Source: Malacoraja senta
Lineage: Eukaryota
NCBI GenBank assembly: GCA_038087875.1
Contig: JAXLNO010001824.1
Coordinates: forward strand, 1 to 58,639
Length of the DNA stretch: 58,639 bases
Direction of reading: 5' to 3'
A program made the translations under genes and the position numbers. The notes under the pieces are model-generated. The model did not search any database. It saw nothing but the letters and a program-made list of their open reading frames with translations, and was not told the DNA's origin. Every line of letters starts with the position of its first letter. Within the stretch, counting starts at the first letter, position 1. Shown here piece after piece: positions 1 to 12,136 of the stretch.

Positions 1-129
1 GTGTCGGTTGAGAGATGAATGTTGGCAGCGCAGCCGGCGGCACCGCCAATTAAATAGCAAAGTGGGGTCTTTCTTTAGGGTGAGAGGCCGGGCACCGCCT
101 GGGATTGTTGGAAGGCAGCTCCCGCAAAA

Positions 130-220
130 CTGACGCGCTCCCTCAGAACCGCACTGCGATCCCAGCCCAGTTTCTGCTCAGGGATCTGGAGTGGGAAGTG
201 AACCCAAATTGCACTGACCC
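130..220 (-). repeat. Old SINE-like fragment (Deu/SacSINE-like) upstream of V exons
   Basis: The block gcgctccctcagtaccgcactg...ggagtgggaagtgaaccc recurs about 200 bp upstream of V1, V2 and V3 (about 2635, 6965, 23520, 26750, 31120, 51375, 58035); family call from recalled similarity. Confidence 0.5.
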
Positions 221-412
221 GCGGACAGAACATTGACACAACTGGTACAATAACAGCACTGTCTGCACTTCAGACCGGAGACATTGGTCGTGAAGCAATA
301 TGACACATTATGGAACGTTTTACGTTTTCTTTCATGTAATCTTCAAAATGTATCAATTAGCATTAAACAGTTAATTTGCTCTCCATCTGAAAGTTTCTCC
401 GCTCAGTTTCAG

Positions 413-727
413 GTGCAGTGTGGGCAAAGTGGGAAGTAAAAGGAGTTGTGGGAAGAGAGATCACAATCGATTATCACTATGCAGCAGAGTACCGCTCACA
501 CACAAAATACTGGTGCCGTGGGAGGAGTCGACCGTGTAGAGTTTTAGTGGAAACAAATGGGCAACACGGACGGAGTGGAAGAGTGTCAATCACAGATAAC
601 CTGGCACGAGGACTATTTACTGTGACTGTGGAGGATCTTCACTCTGAAGATACAGGATGGTACAGCTGTGGAATTACAACATCAGCCGACCATCCAATAT
701 TTAACGTTTTACTCGAAGTATCTGACG
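413..727 (+). CDS. Gene A exon V1, CD300/pIgR-type Ig V domain (B-strand Cys replaced by Tyr)
   Basis: tttcag|GTGCAGTG acceptor, GAC G|gtatgt donor, 315 nt, phase 1-1; KYWCRGRSRPC and DTGWYSC motifs; reads ITIDYHY where B and C read ITIDCHY. Confidence 0.92.
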
Positions 728-760
728 GTATGTTTCGCAGCGAATGACTTGACGTCTCCA

Positions 761-1012
761 GCAGAAAGACAATACAGGATTACAATCGATCCTCTTACAG
801 TGCATAGATACATGAAAAGGAAATTACGTTTAGTGTAAGGTGAATCCAGCAAAGTCCGATCAAGGGTAGTCCGAGGGTCATCAAAGAGATAGATAGTTCC
901 GCACTGCTCTCTGGAAGTGGTAGGATGATTCAGATGCCTGACAACAGCTGTGAAGTAATTGTCCCCGAATCAGGCGGTGTGCGTGTTCACGCTAGTAACG
1001 CTCTCCGGTAAG
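761..1012. repeat. Interspersed repeat fragment, probably a reverse-oriented LINE 3' end
   Basis: Homologous to 22735-23035, 24875-25125, 50590-50890 and 52725-52975; internally deleted versions at about 6665, 30830 and 57735. Confidence 0.55.
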
Positions 1013-1015
1013 GGA

Positions 1016-1917
1016 CCTGGAGGTGGGTGGTGAGTGGGCGAGTGGTGAGTGGGTGAGTGGTTGGGTTAGTGGGCAGATGCATGGCAGATGAAGTTTAATG
1101 TGGATAAATGTGAGTTTATCCACTTTAGTAGCAAAATCAGGAAGGCAGATTATTATCTGAATGTTGTCAGGTTGGGAAAAGGGGAAGTACAAAGAGATCT
1201 GGGGGTCCTTGTTCACCACTCACTGAAAGTAAGCATGCAGGTACAGCAGGCAGTGAAGAAAGCTAGTGGCATGTTGACCTTAATAACAAGAGGAGTTGAG
1301 TACAGGAGCAAAGAGGTCCTTCTGCAGTTGTACATGGCCCCAGTGAGACCACACCTGGATTATTGTTTGCAGTTTTGATCTCCAAATTTGAGGAAGGACC
1401 TTCTTGCTATCGAGGGAGTGCAGTGTATGTTGAGGGAGTGCAACAAGGTTAATTCCCGGGATGGCGGGACTGTCATCTGTTGATTGAATGGTGCGGCTGC
1501 GCTTGTATACTCTGGAATTTAGAAGGATGAGATGGGATCTTATTGAAAAATATAAGATTATTAAGGGATTGGACACGCAAGAGGCAGGAAACATTTTCCC
1601 GATATTAAGAATAATGGATAGGCAATTTACAACGGACATGAGGAAAAACGTTTTCACCCAGAGAGTTGTGAATCTGTGGAATTATCTGCCTCAGAAGGCA
1701 GTGGAGGCCGATTCACTGGATGCATTCAAAAGAGAGTTAGATAGAGCGCTTTGGGCTAGCGGAATCAAGGGGTATGGGGAAAGGCAGGAACGGGGTACTG
1801 ATTGTGGATGATCAGCCATGAACACATTCAATGGCGGTGCTGGCTCGAAGGGCTGAATGGCCTACTCCTGCACCTATTGCCTATGTATCTATGTATCTAT
1901 TTATCTATGTAAGTATC
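1016..1917 (+). mobile_element. CR1/HER1 LINE 3' fragment, V1-V2 intron of A
   Basis: Translates to WADAWQMKFNVDKC..QVQQAVKKA..VRPHLDYC; (TATGTATC)n tail; copies at about 25130-26030 and 52980-53804. Confidence 0.9.
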
Positions 1918-2914
1918 TACAGTTCCTTGTGTCTCCACCTCTCATATTGAAAAGCAAGACCAATCAAAAATTGAGCAAGAGAACACTATTCCCGTTAGAG
2001 TAACTGGGCGCAGTGGTTTCCTGATGATTGTTATCGGGTGTTACATTTGTATTTGAAGTGAACCCTACTGATGTTAACGACTCACGAATAGATTTAGGTT
2101 CTGTTGAGATAAGGAAATAAAAGAGAATTAAAGATTGACAAAAAAATGCTGGATTAACTCAGCGAGACAGGCTGCATCCCTGGAGAGAAGGAATGGGTAA
2201 CGTTTCTGGTCTGAGCATGGGTCTCGACCCGAAACGTCAGAGCGAGAGAGTTAGATGGAGCTCTAAAAGATAGCGGCGCTATGGGATATGGTGAGAAGGT
2301 AGGAACGGGGTACTGATTGTGGATAATCAGCCATGATCATAGTGAATGTCGGTCCTGGCTCGAAGGGCCGAATGGCCTACTCCTACCACTGTTGTCTCTT
2401 ATCTCTTGACCAGCTTTATTGTAACCCGTCTGTCCTCCGTTCTCAGTCAGGGCTATGTAAAAGCAGTGGCGGCGGTGAATGCCTAAACACGGGTCCGGCC
2501 AGTGTCGGTTGAGAGATGAATGTTGGCAGCGTAGCCGGCGGCACCGCCAATGAAATAGCAAAGTGAGGTATTTCTGTAGGGTGAGAGGCGGGGCACCGCC
2601 TGGGATTGTTGAAAGGCAGCTCCTGCAACACTGCCGCGCTCCCTCAGTACCGCACTGCGATCCCAGCCCAGTTTCTGCTCAGGGATCTGGAGTGGGGAAG
2701 TGAACCCTAATTATACTGACCCGGCGACAGAACACTGACACAACAGGTACAATAACAGCACTGCCTGCACTTCAGACCGGAGACATTGGCCGTGAAGCAA
2801 TATGACACATCGTGGAACGATTTAAGTTTTCTTTCATGTAATCTTCAAAATGTATCTATTTCCATTAAACAGTTCATTTGCTCTCCATCTGAAAGTTTCT
2901 CCCCTCCATTTCAG

Positions 2915-3196
2915 CTGCAGTGTGGGGAGAGACGTATGTAAGAGGAGTTGTGGGAAGAGCGATCACAATCTATTGTCACTATGCAGCAGAGTACCGCTCA
3001 CACACAAAATACTGGTGCCGTGTGCAGAGTCGCCAATGTACAGATATGGTGGAAACAATCACAGATAACCCGGCACGAGGAATATTTACTTTGACTGTGG
3101 AGGATCTTCACTCTGGAGATACAGGATGGTACAGGTGTGGAATTACAACATCTAACGGCCGTCCAATGTTAAACGTAGAACTCCAAGTATTTGACG
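2915..3196 (+). CDS. Gene A exon V2, Ig V domain with in-frame 33-nt deletion
   Basis: tttcag|CTGCAGTG acceptor, G|gtacgt donor, 282 nt; lacks the 11 residues NGQ(H/Q)GRSGR(V/M)S present in B and C. Confidence 0.9.
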
Positions 3197-3396
3197 GTAC
3201 GTTTTGCAGCGATTGACTTGACGTCTCCACTGAAATGCCTGATCCATGTTTTCTCCGGGAAGGGTCAGGGCAGCACGAATATCCCGAGACTCCGCAGCAG
3301 TGCAGAGACCTGCGGGCAGCGGGCGGGGGTCGGGAAACCGCACTCATTTTGCTCTCACCCTGTGCGGGGTCTGCCCCATTGAGCAGCCACCCACTT

Positions 3397-4818
3397 AGAA
3401 ACATAGAAACATAGAACATAGGTGCAGGAGGAGGCCATTCGGCCCTTCGAGCCAGCACCGACATTCATTGCGATCATGGCTGATCGTCCCCAATCAATAA
3501 CCTGTGCCTGCCTTCTCCCCATATCCCTTGATTCCACTAGACCCTGGAGCACTATCTGACTCTCTCTTAAATCCATCCAGTGATTTGGCCTCCACTGTCC
3601 TCTGTGGCAGGGAATGCCACTAATTCACAACTCTCTGGCTGAAAACGTTTTTTCTCACCTCAGTCTTAAATGGCCTCCCCTTTATTCTAAGACTGTGGCC
3701 CCTGGTTCTGGACTCGCCCAACATTGGCAACATTTTTCCTGCATCTAGCTTGTCTAGTCCTTTTATAATTTTATGTGTTTCTATAAGATGCCCCCTCATC
3801 CTTCTAAACCCCAGTGAATAAAAACCTAGTCTTTTCAATCTTTACTCATAAGACAGACCCGCCATCCCAGGGATCAATCTCGTGAACCTATGCTCCACTG
3901 CCTCAATCACAAGGATGTCCTTCCACAAATTAGGAGACCAAAACTGTACGCAATACTCCAGATGTGGTCTTTCCAGAGCCCTATACAACTGCAGAAGAAC
4001 CTCTCTACTCCTATACTCTTGTTATTAAGGCCAACATTCCATTAGCTTTCTTCACTGCAAGCCAACTTTCAGTGACCGTTGTACAAGGACACCCAGGTCT
4101 CGCTGCACTCCCCCTTACCTAACCTAACCCAGTTGTGATAATAATCTGCCCCCTTGTTTTTGCCACCAAAGTGGATAACCTCACATTTATCTATATTATA
4201 CTGCCACGCATCTGCCCACTCGGTCAACCTGTCCAGGTCACCCTGCAACCTCCTAACATCCTCTTCACAGTTCACACTGCCATCCAGCATTGTGTCATCC
4301 GCAAACTTGCTAGTGTTGCTCCTAATTCCCTCTTCCAAATCATTAATATATATGGTAAACAGTTGCGGCCCCAACACCGAGTCTTGCGGCACTCCACTCG
4401 CCAATGCCTGCCATTCTGAAAAGGACCCGTTCACTCCTACTCTTTACTTCCTGTCTGCCAACCATTTTCTATCCACGTCAACACCCTACCCCCAATACCA
4501 ATCGCTCTAATTTTAGTCACCAGTCTCTCGGGCGGGTCCTTATCAAAGGCTTTCTGAAAGTCTAGATATACTACATCCACTGGCACCCCTTCATCCATTT
4601 TACATGTCACATCCTCAAAAAAATCCAGAAGATTAGTCAAGCATGATTTTCATAGAAAACATAAATCCATGCTGACTTGGACTAATCCTTTTACTGCTGT
4701 CGAAATGCCCCATTATTACCTCTTTAATAATTGACACCAGCATCTTTCCCACCACCGAAGTCAGGTTAACTGGTCTATAATTCCCCGTTTTTTCTATCGA
4801 TCCTTTTTTGAAAAGTGG
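3397..4818 (-). mobile_element. CR1/HER1 LINE RT fragment, V2-V3 intron of A
   Basis: Minus-strand ORFs with VYLDFQKAFD, GVPQ.SVLGP and KFADDT; (AGAAACAT)n tail. Confidence 0.92.
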
Positions 4819-4989
4819 AATTTAACTTCTCATTCACTTCACTTTTCACTTCAAGTGGAATGCTCAGCACATTTCCCTTCCTCTGAACTGTATGAAATGT
4901 CACCCTGTCAGAAGTTTGCATTCCGACTCAAAATAATAATCCGACAGATCAGTGAGAAACAAGTGTTGCTCGCGGTCTGAATACCCCCA

Positions 4990-6110
4990 GAGTTTTTTAA
5001 AAATCAGTCCCCAGAGCTCAATAGACTGCGATCAGTCCTCCCGGGGTAGGCGATCCCGCTTCCCGCCCCCACCTCAGGGACCAGTCATTCCCTCCCAAAC
5101 CCCGCGCTCTCTCTCTCTCCCTCTGCCCCGTCAATGCGCCTCCATCCCCAGCAGCCACTGTCCACCCACCGCCCGGCAGTCAGCCAACCTCTCCACCCGG
5201 ACATTTCCCCGGTGTTAAGCAGAATAAACTCATCTTTCACCCCATCAGCCGTCGCACACAACACATAATCCTCCAACATTTTCGCCACCTCCAACGGGAT
5301 CCCACTACTAGACACATCTTTCCATCTCCACCGCTTTCTGCTTTCCGAAGAGACCGTAACTCACTGGTCAACGTCCATCCTCCCCCCCAAAAAAAAACCC
5401 ATCCCCTCCCCAAGTACCTTCCCCGACAACTGCAGGAGATAGATCACCTGTCTCGATACCTCCTTCCTCTACTCCGTCCAAGGTCTCCAACAATCTTTTC
5501 GGGTGAGGATTGACTAGCATCTCCTCAAGCTCACCTACTACATCCGCTGTTCCAGGTGTGATCTACTATATATCGGCTAGACCAAGCGCAGACTCGTCGA
5601 TCGTTTCGCTGAATAACTCCGCTCAGTCTGCTTCGGCCGACGCTACTTCCCGATTGCTAAACACTTTAATTCCCCCTCCCATCCCCAAACTCAACTTTCT
5701 GTCCTGGACCTCCTCCACTATCCAACGTAAATAGGAGGAAAAGCACCTGGGCAACTTACAACCCATCGGTTTGAATATTGACTTCTCTAACTTCAAGGAA
5801 CCCTTGCTTTACTCCTGTCCCCATCCCGCCACCATCCTAGCTCTCCAATTAGTTGCACAGTCAAACTGATTTTCTTTCACTTATTGTATGCCTCGTTGTC
5901 ACCGTCCCTTCAGCTCACAATGATCCATTGTCCATTTTCTTTTCACCTTTGATCACTTGTTTTCACACCTTACCTTTCCATTTATCTTCTGTCTCCCTGT
6001 CCCATGATTCTCAGGCTGAAGATGGGTCTCGACACGAAACGTCACCCATTCCTTCTTTCGAGAGATGCTGCCTGCTCCGTTGCGTTACTCCAGAATTTTG
6101 TGTCTATCTT
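4990..6110 (+). mobile_element. Penelope-like element fragment downstream of V2 (A)
   Basis: Degenerate GIY-YIG region (..YIG.TKRRL.DRFAE) and the tail gaagatgggtctcgacacgaaacgtcacccattcc..gagatgctgcctg; copies at about 29165-30275 and 56065-57180. Confidence 0.8.
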
Positions 6111-7240
6111 AAAGGGATCGTAATTCGTTTTCCACAGCAGAGATGGTTAAGTGTGTGTAGACATGTAATGGGGGAAATGGAACTCGGTGCATTGTGGTGA
6201 TGGATCTGAAATCCCACTTGAATATCTAGACAATGTTCGTAGTTTAACCACTGTTGACACATGGTCGAAATACATCCTGATGATAAATGAAAGGCTTAAA
6301 ATAGCGAATGAATTTGAAGCAGATACTGCAAGACACCTGGACCGAAGGCGAGAGGTTCCAACGTCATCAGTAAGTTAATTCTACACTTTTAAAATGTGTT
6401 TACCAAGGAGGTGGAAGTCAGGATTGTGGACTCATTGTGTCAGTTCAAACATTCCCAGCATTTGTCCGGCTCAACTCTGTCGCAAACCCAACAATCCCCC
6501 GGAGTCTGAGACTGAACCACTGTCCTCGCTCTATCCACCCACCCCAACTCTCTCTCCATCCTCTCTCGGATCCGCGGCCCAGTCGTGCTGAATTGTCCAG
6601 GGCGAGCCGGGGTCATTGGGAATAAAACCTGTCCCAGATGAGCAGCGGGTCATTGGGCTCACAATTCAGTTTAGTTTATTGTCACGAGTACCGAGGTACA
6701 GTGAATCTGGCGGTGTGTGTTTTCACGCTAGTAGCGCTCTCCAGCAAGGGACCCGCTTTATTGTAACCCGTCCGTACTCTGTCCTCAGGCAGGGCGTTGT
6801 AAACACAGTGGCTGCGGTGAATTTCTAAACACGGGTCCGGCCCAGTGTCGGTTGAGAGATGAATGCTGGCAGCGCCGACACTGAAATAGCAAAGTGAGGT
6901 ATTTCTGTAGGGTGAGAGGCCGGGCACCGCCTGGGATTGTTGAAAGGCAGCTCCTGCAACATTGCCGCGCTCCCTCAGTACCGCACTGCGATCCCAGCCC
7001 AGTTTCTGCGCAGGGATCTGGAGTGGGAAGTGAACCCTAATTGTACTGACCCGGGGACAGAACACTGACACAACTTGTACAATAACAGCACTGCCTGCAC
7101 TTCAGACCGGAGACATTGGCCGTGAAGCAAAATGACACATCGTGGAACGATTATGTTTTTCATGTAATCTTCAAAATGTATATATTTCCATTAAATAGTT
7201 CATTTGCTCTCCATCTGAAAGTTTTTCCCCTCCCTTTCAG

Positions 7241-7555
7241 CTGCAGTGTGGGGAGAGAGGAATTTAACAGGAGTTGTGGGAAGAGCCATCACAATCGATT
7301 GTCACTATGCAGCAGAGTACCGCTCACAGGCTAAATACTGGTGCCGTGGGCAGAGTCGCCAATGTACAGATATGGTGGAAACAAATGGGCAACACGGACG
7401 GAGTGGAAGAGTGTCAATCACCGATATACCGGCACTAAGAATATTTACTATGACTGTGGAAGATCTTCACTCTGGAGATACAGGATGGTACAGCTGTCGA
7501 ATCACAGCACCTGCCGACCATTCAATGTTTAACGTATATGTCCAAGTATCTGACG
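7241..7555 (+). CDS. Gene A exon V3, Ig V domain
   Basis: ctttcag|CTGCAG acceptor, G|gtacga donor, 315 nt open; DC, KYWC-x6-C and DTGWYSC motifs; NLT sequon. Confidence 0.92.
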
Positions 7556-7914
7556 GTACGATTCGCAGCGATTGACTTAATGTCTCCACTGAAAAGCCTG
7601 ATCCATGTTTTCTCCGGGAAGGGTCAGGGCAGCACCGATATCTCGAGGCTCCGCAGCAGTGCAGAGGCCTGCGGGGAGCGGGCGAGGGTCGGGAAACTCC
7701 ACTCATGTTTGCTCTCACCCAGTGCGGGTTCTGTCCCATTGAGCGGCCACCCACTTCAAGACACTCAACACATTTCCCTGCCTCTGAATTGTATGAAATA
7801 TCACCCTGTCAGAGGTTTGCATTCCGACTCAAACTAATAATCCGACAGATCAGTGAGAAACAAGTGTTGCTCGCCGTCTGAATACCCGGAGAATCATAAA
7901 CAGGGAATCAGTCC

Positions 7915-9035
7915 CCAGAGCTCCACAGACTGCGTTCAGTCCTCCCGGGGCAGGCCAGTCCGCTTCCCGCCCCCACCTTAGGAATCAGTCACTCCCTCCC
8001 CACCCCGTGCACTCTCTCTCTCTCCCTCTGCCCAGTAAATGCGCCCCCACTGCCAGCAGCCATTGTCCACCCACCGCCCGGCAGCCAGCCAGCCTCTCCT
8101 CCCGGACATTTCCCCGTTCGTAAGCAGAATAAACTCATCTTTCGCCCCATCAGCCGTCGCGCACAGCATATATTCCTCCGACATTTGCGCCACCTACAAC
8201 GGGATGCCACAACTAGTCACATCTTTCCATCTCCATCGCTTTTTGCGTTCCCTCCGCAACTCCCTGGTCAACTCGTCCTCCCCCCCCCCTCCCCCCGTCC
8301 CCAGGTACCTTCCCCTACAACTGCAGGAGATGCAACACCAGTCACTATATATCCCCCTTTACTCCGTCCATGGGCCTCAACAGTCTTTTCGGGTGAGGCA
8401 GAGGTTCACTTGCATCTCCTCTAACCTCATCTACTCTATCCGCTGTTCCAGATGTGAACAAGCGGATATAGTAGATGGGAGACCAAGCGCAGACTCGGCG
8501 ATCGTTTCGCTGAACAACTCCGCTCAGTCTGCCTCGGCCTACGCTACATCCCGATTGCTAAACACTTTTATTCCCCCTCCCATTCCCAAACTGATCTTTC
8601 CGTCCTGGACCTCCTCCAGTGTCAGAGTGAGGCCAAAGGCAAATTGGAAAAACCGCGCCTCTTATTTCGCTTGGGCAGCTTACAACCCAGCGGTTTGAAT
8701 ATTGACATCTCGAACTTCAAGTAACCCTTGCTTTACTCCTTTCCATCCCGCCCCCATCCGAAACCTCCAATTAGATTCACCTGATAATATTTTACTGATT
8801 GTATGCCTCGTTGTCACCTTCCCTTCAGCTGACAATGATTCATTCTACATTTCCCTTTAACATTGTCACCTTTGATCACTTGTTTTAACATCTTACCCTT
8901 CCATTTCTCTTCTGTCACCCAGAACATGACTGTCAGGCTGGAGAAGGGTCTCGATCCGAAACTTCACCCACTCCTTCTCTCGAGAGATGCTGCCTGCTCC
9001 GCTGAGTTTCCCCAGCATTTTGTGTCTCTCTTAAA
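7915..9035 (+). mobile_element. Penelope-like element fragment downstream of V3 (A)
   Basis: FTCISSNLIYSIRCSRC motif; same insertion context as the post-V2 copy; also at about 32065-33195. Confidence 0.8.
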
Positions 9036-9969
9036 GCGATCGTAATTAGTTTTCGCGATTAAATTACAAGGCATTGAATTGTGTTTTTGGCACGCTGGTC
9101 TTCATCAGTGAGAACATTCAGAATATAATTTGAGATAATATGCTTCAGACGTGCAGATGTTCAGTCCACACTTTGGGAACTGTGTTCAGCTTCAGTCACT
9201 CAGCTCCAAGAAAAGTTGAGATGGACAGCGTGAAGAAAGGTTTTAGGGCGACGTTGCCTGGACAGGATGGGATTGACGCAGGGAGCGATTGGACAAACTC
9301 AGACTTCATTCCTTAGTGTGGAAATGATTGAGAGAGGAACTTATAGAAATGTAACAATCACGAGAAGCATGTTCATTTTCCCACGATGTGTGGAATCAAA
9401 AAGTGGAGGACAGAGGTAATGGGAACTATTTAAAGAGGAAGGAATAGTAAGGTGCAATTGACCGTAATGGCATGTTTTGTACAGATGAGTGGCCGAAGCT
9501 GAACACAATTCGCACAAGTTCGACCTCAACAACATATGTACAACTGAAACATAACATCCAACATATGTTCTGAGGGACAACTTTTTCCACACATTGGGTA
9601 ATATGTACATGGAACCTGCTGCCAGGGGAAGTTGTTGAGGCAGTTAGAATAGCAGCGTTTAAAATAATTTTTGGATATTTGCGTAGATTGGGATCATTGC
9701 GAGTGATAAATGAGAAACGCGGACATATGGAAATGTCATAGAAAGACATGTTGGTCGGCATTAATGAGCTGTTGTGATGGGCATCTTTCGGTTCTCTATA
9801 ACTCTAACCGTCTTCGGTTTCTGCGCTTCGCACACTCCCAGAGATGTAGATGAGCCGGTGAGGTATCAACCGGACGGTTCGGGCTGAGATAAAGTGCTGC
9901 TGAGATTTAGCAAGTTTTTGGTTTTTAACAATTCATACAGGTGACTGAATATTTGCTCCATTCCCACAG

Positions 9970-10290
9970 AACCCATGTCTGCTCCTGTGCTCAGTTATCT
10001 GTCAGCAGCAAATGCCTCACGTCTTGGAGGCTCAGTGTCAGTGTCCTGTGAGTCTCTCCGTGGATCCCTTCCCATCCATTACACATGGTTTGAGAAGGAC
10101 GAGCATTGGGTTTCTACGATCTTGAAAGGCAATCAACTGGATCTGAGTTGTGAAATCCTCAGAGGTGAACACCTTCGATATTACTGCACAGCCGCAAATA
10201 ATCGTGGGACAAAATCCAGTGAAATAGTCAAGGTGAAAGTCTTCAAAGGAGCAGGAACGTGCAGTTATGTGACAGAAATGAACAATGCAG
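9970..10290 (+). CDS. Gene A exon C2a, C2-type Ig domain
   Basis: ttcccacag|AACCCATG acceptor, GCAG|gtgagt donor, 321 nt, phase 1-1; EPMSAPVL..VSC..YTW..YYCTAANNRG. Confidence 0.9.
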
Positions 10291-11542
10291 GTGAGTGTTC
10301 CTCTCGTGTCCCTGAACCTGCTGCTATTCACCTTGTGGTGATGTTCATGGATTTCTTGTTATTTGTGGACGGCATCATTGCAGCCACCGTGAGCTCATGG
10401 TGTAAAATGCGAGAGTTTGTTTGGGGGACTGGCAAACAATTGCCCGTAGCTTCCACCATGGAGGTGTTGAGCAATTTCAGCAAAGGAGAGAAAGACATGC
10501 ACTTGTCACAAAGCGTTGAGTGCACTCCATCGAATTTCTGCCTTCTGCCTTAAAAATGGCGCTTGGCTGCCGCTTAAGGTCTCACAGTCACTTTGAGACA
10601 TTGAAAGCAACCAAATGCATTCTGTTTGGATCCGCCATCATTTACAATCAAGGATGTACAATTTCATGATCATGTTCATGATTTTAACTGTTAATTTGTG
10701 TTAAACTCCAGTAATATCACTAAATTAAATTGTAATCTACTTGGCCGTCACTCCATCAAGTATAACCCTTACTTTTGTCAAAGAGAATTTTGAAATGAAC
10801 TCCCATTAGGTGTGGAGACGTTCAGATTGGAAGTCCAGAATAGAGTGTGAATGGTTTACATCAGAGAGACCAAGCTTATACAATGCCAGCGTTTCTTAAA
10901 CTATTTCAGTGCCATTCACCCTTGAGTCTTTATTACAAGATTTAATTCACCCTCCACAAAATATTCTTATGTTTTTTTGGTTATTATCATCTTATTTTCA
11001 CTTGTGCATAATTTTATATAGAATTTATTTTCTCACATGAGCAAAAAACATGAATTAACTCATTCACCCCAAAATAATTTCATTCGCCCTTGGGTAAACC
11101 ATTCATCAGTTTAAGAAGCACTGGCCGAGGCTACAATTTCGACGAACACTTGTGTTTGGTCTGTCATGACCCAGAGTCGTACTTGATTGACACCCCGTTG
11201 ATGCAGAGCAGCAGCAGTTTGCACCATCTGCACGATGCACTGCAGCAACTCACCAAGACTCCCAAGACATTACCTTCCAATTGCAACAGGCTCCGTGTTC
11301 AATGCATCATTCTTCACCATTCACACCCAAATTAGCTGGGAAGCGCTTTGGAACGACTTGTGCAGATGGTGAGGGACGGTGTACAGTATCTGTCTCTCAT
11401 CGCAATCTAGGTGGAATTCAACAGAGTTAAGAAAATCATTGGGCGGACGCCCCTGTATACATTGATGTATACTATAATGTATATGTTTGTGAAAGGCTAA
11501 TTTTGCTCTTCAATCTATGAAAGAATTTTCCTTCAGTTTCAG

Positions 11543-11854
11543 GTGCACTGTGGGCAGAGAGCGAAGTACGAGGGGTTGTGGGAAGAGCGATCTCAATCGA
11601 TTGTCACTATGCAGCAGTGTACCGCTCACACACAAAATACTGGTGCCCTGGGACAAGTCGCCAGTGTACACATATAGTGGAAACAAATGGGAAACAAGGA
11701 CAGAGCTGAAGAGTGTCAATCACAGATAACCCGGCACGAGGAATATTTACTGTGACTGTGGAGGATCTTCACTCTGGAGATACAGGATGGTACAGATGTG
11801 GAATTATTGCACCTGGCGAACCAACATTTAAAGAACATCTCCAAGTATCTGAAG
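11543..11854 (+). pseudogene. Gene A exon V4, Ig V domain with premature stop
   Basis: tttcag|GTGCACTG acceptor, GAAG|gtaggt donor, 312 nt; TGA at 11707-11709 where B has GGA. Confidence 0.9.
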
Positions 11855-12136
11855 GTAGGTTTCTCAGTGAGTGACTTCATGTCTCGACTTTGGCATCTGC
11901 ATAAAACATTTGTTGGGTCACATATGGGAGTCTGGTGCACAGTTCTGGTCGCCGCTTTATAAAACAAAAGATGTGAAAGGTTTGGAGAGGTTACAGAAAA
12001 ATGTCACCCGGATATTTAGTTGTAGGTTACAAATGCAACATGGAAATGGATCCTTCGGCCCACCGAGTCCACACCGACTAGCGATCACCGGTCACACTGG
12101 TTCTATGTTATTCCAGTTTCCCATTCGCTCCCTACA

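Noticed and set aside
728-747. Short stop-terminated read-through of V exons (e.g. GMFRSE*) as secreted isoforms
   Set aside because: This is simply the ORF running past the donor, with no nearby poly(A) signal to support it.
413-7555. Antigen-receptor (Ig/TCR/NAR) V segments
   Set aside because: Each V exon encodes the full domain including the G strand and ends in a splice donor. No heptamer-spacer-nonamer RSS follows, and the CX6C motif is CD300/pIgR-type.
11336-11368. 33-nt phase 1-1 candidate exon (GKRFGTTCAD) between C2a and V4
   Set aside because: The paralogous site in B lacks the AG and has a 2-nt deletion, and there is no other support.
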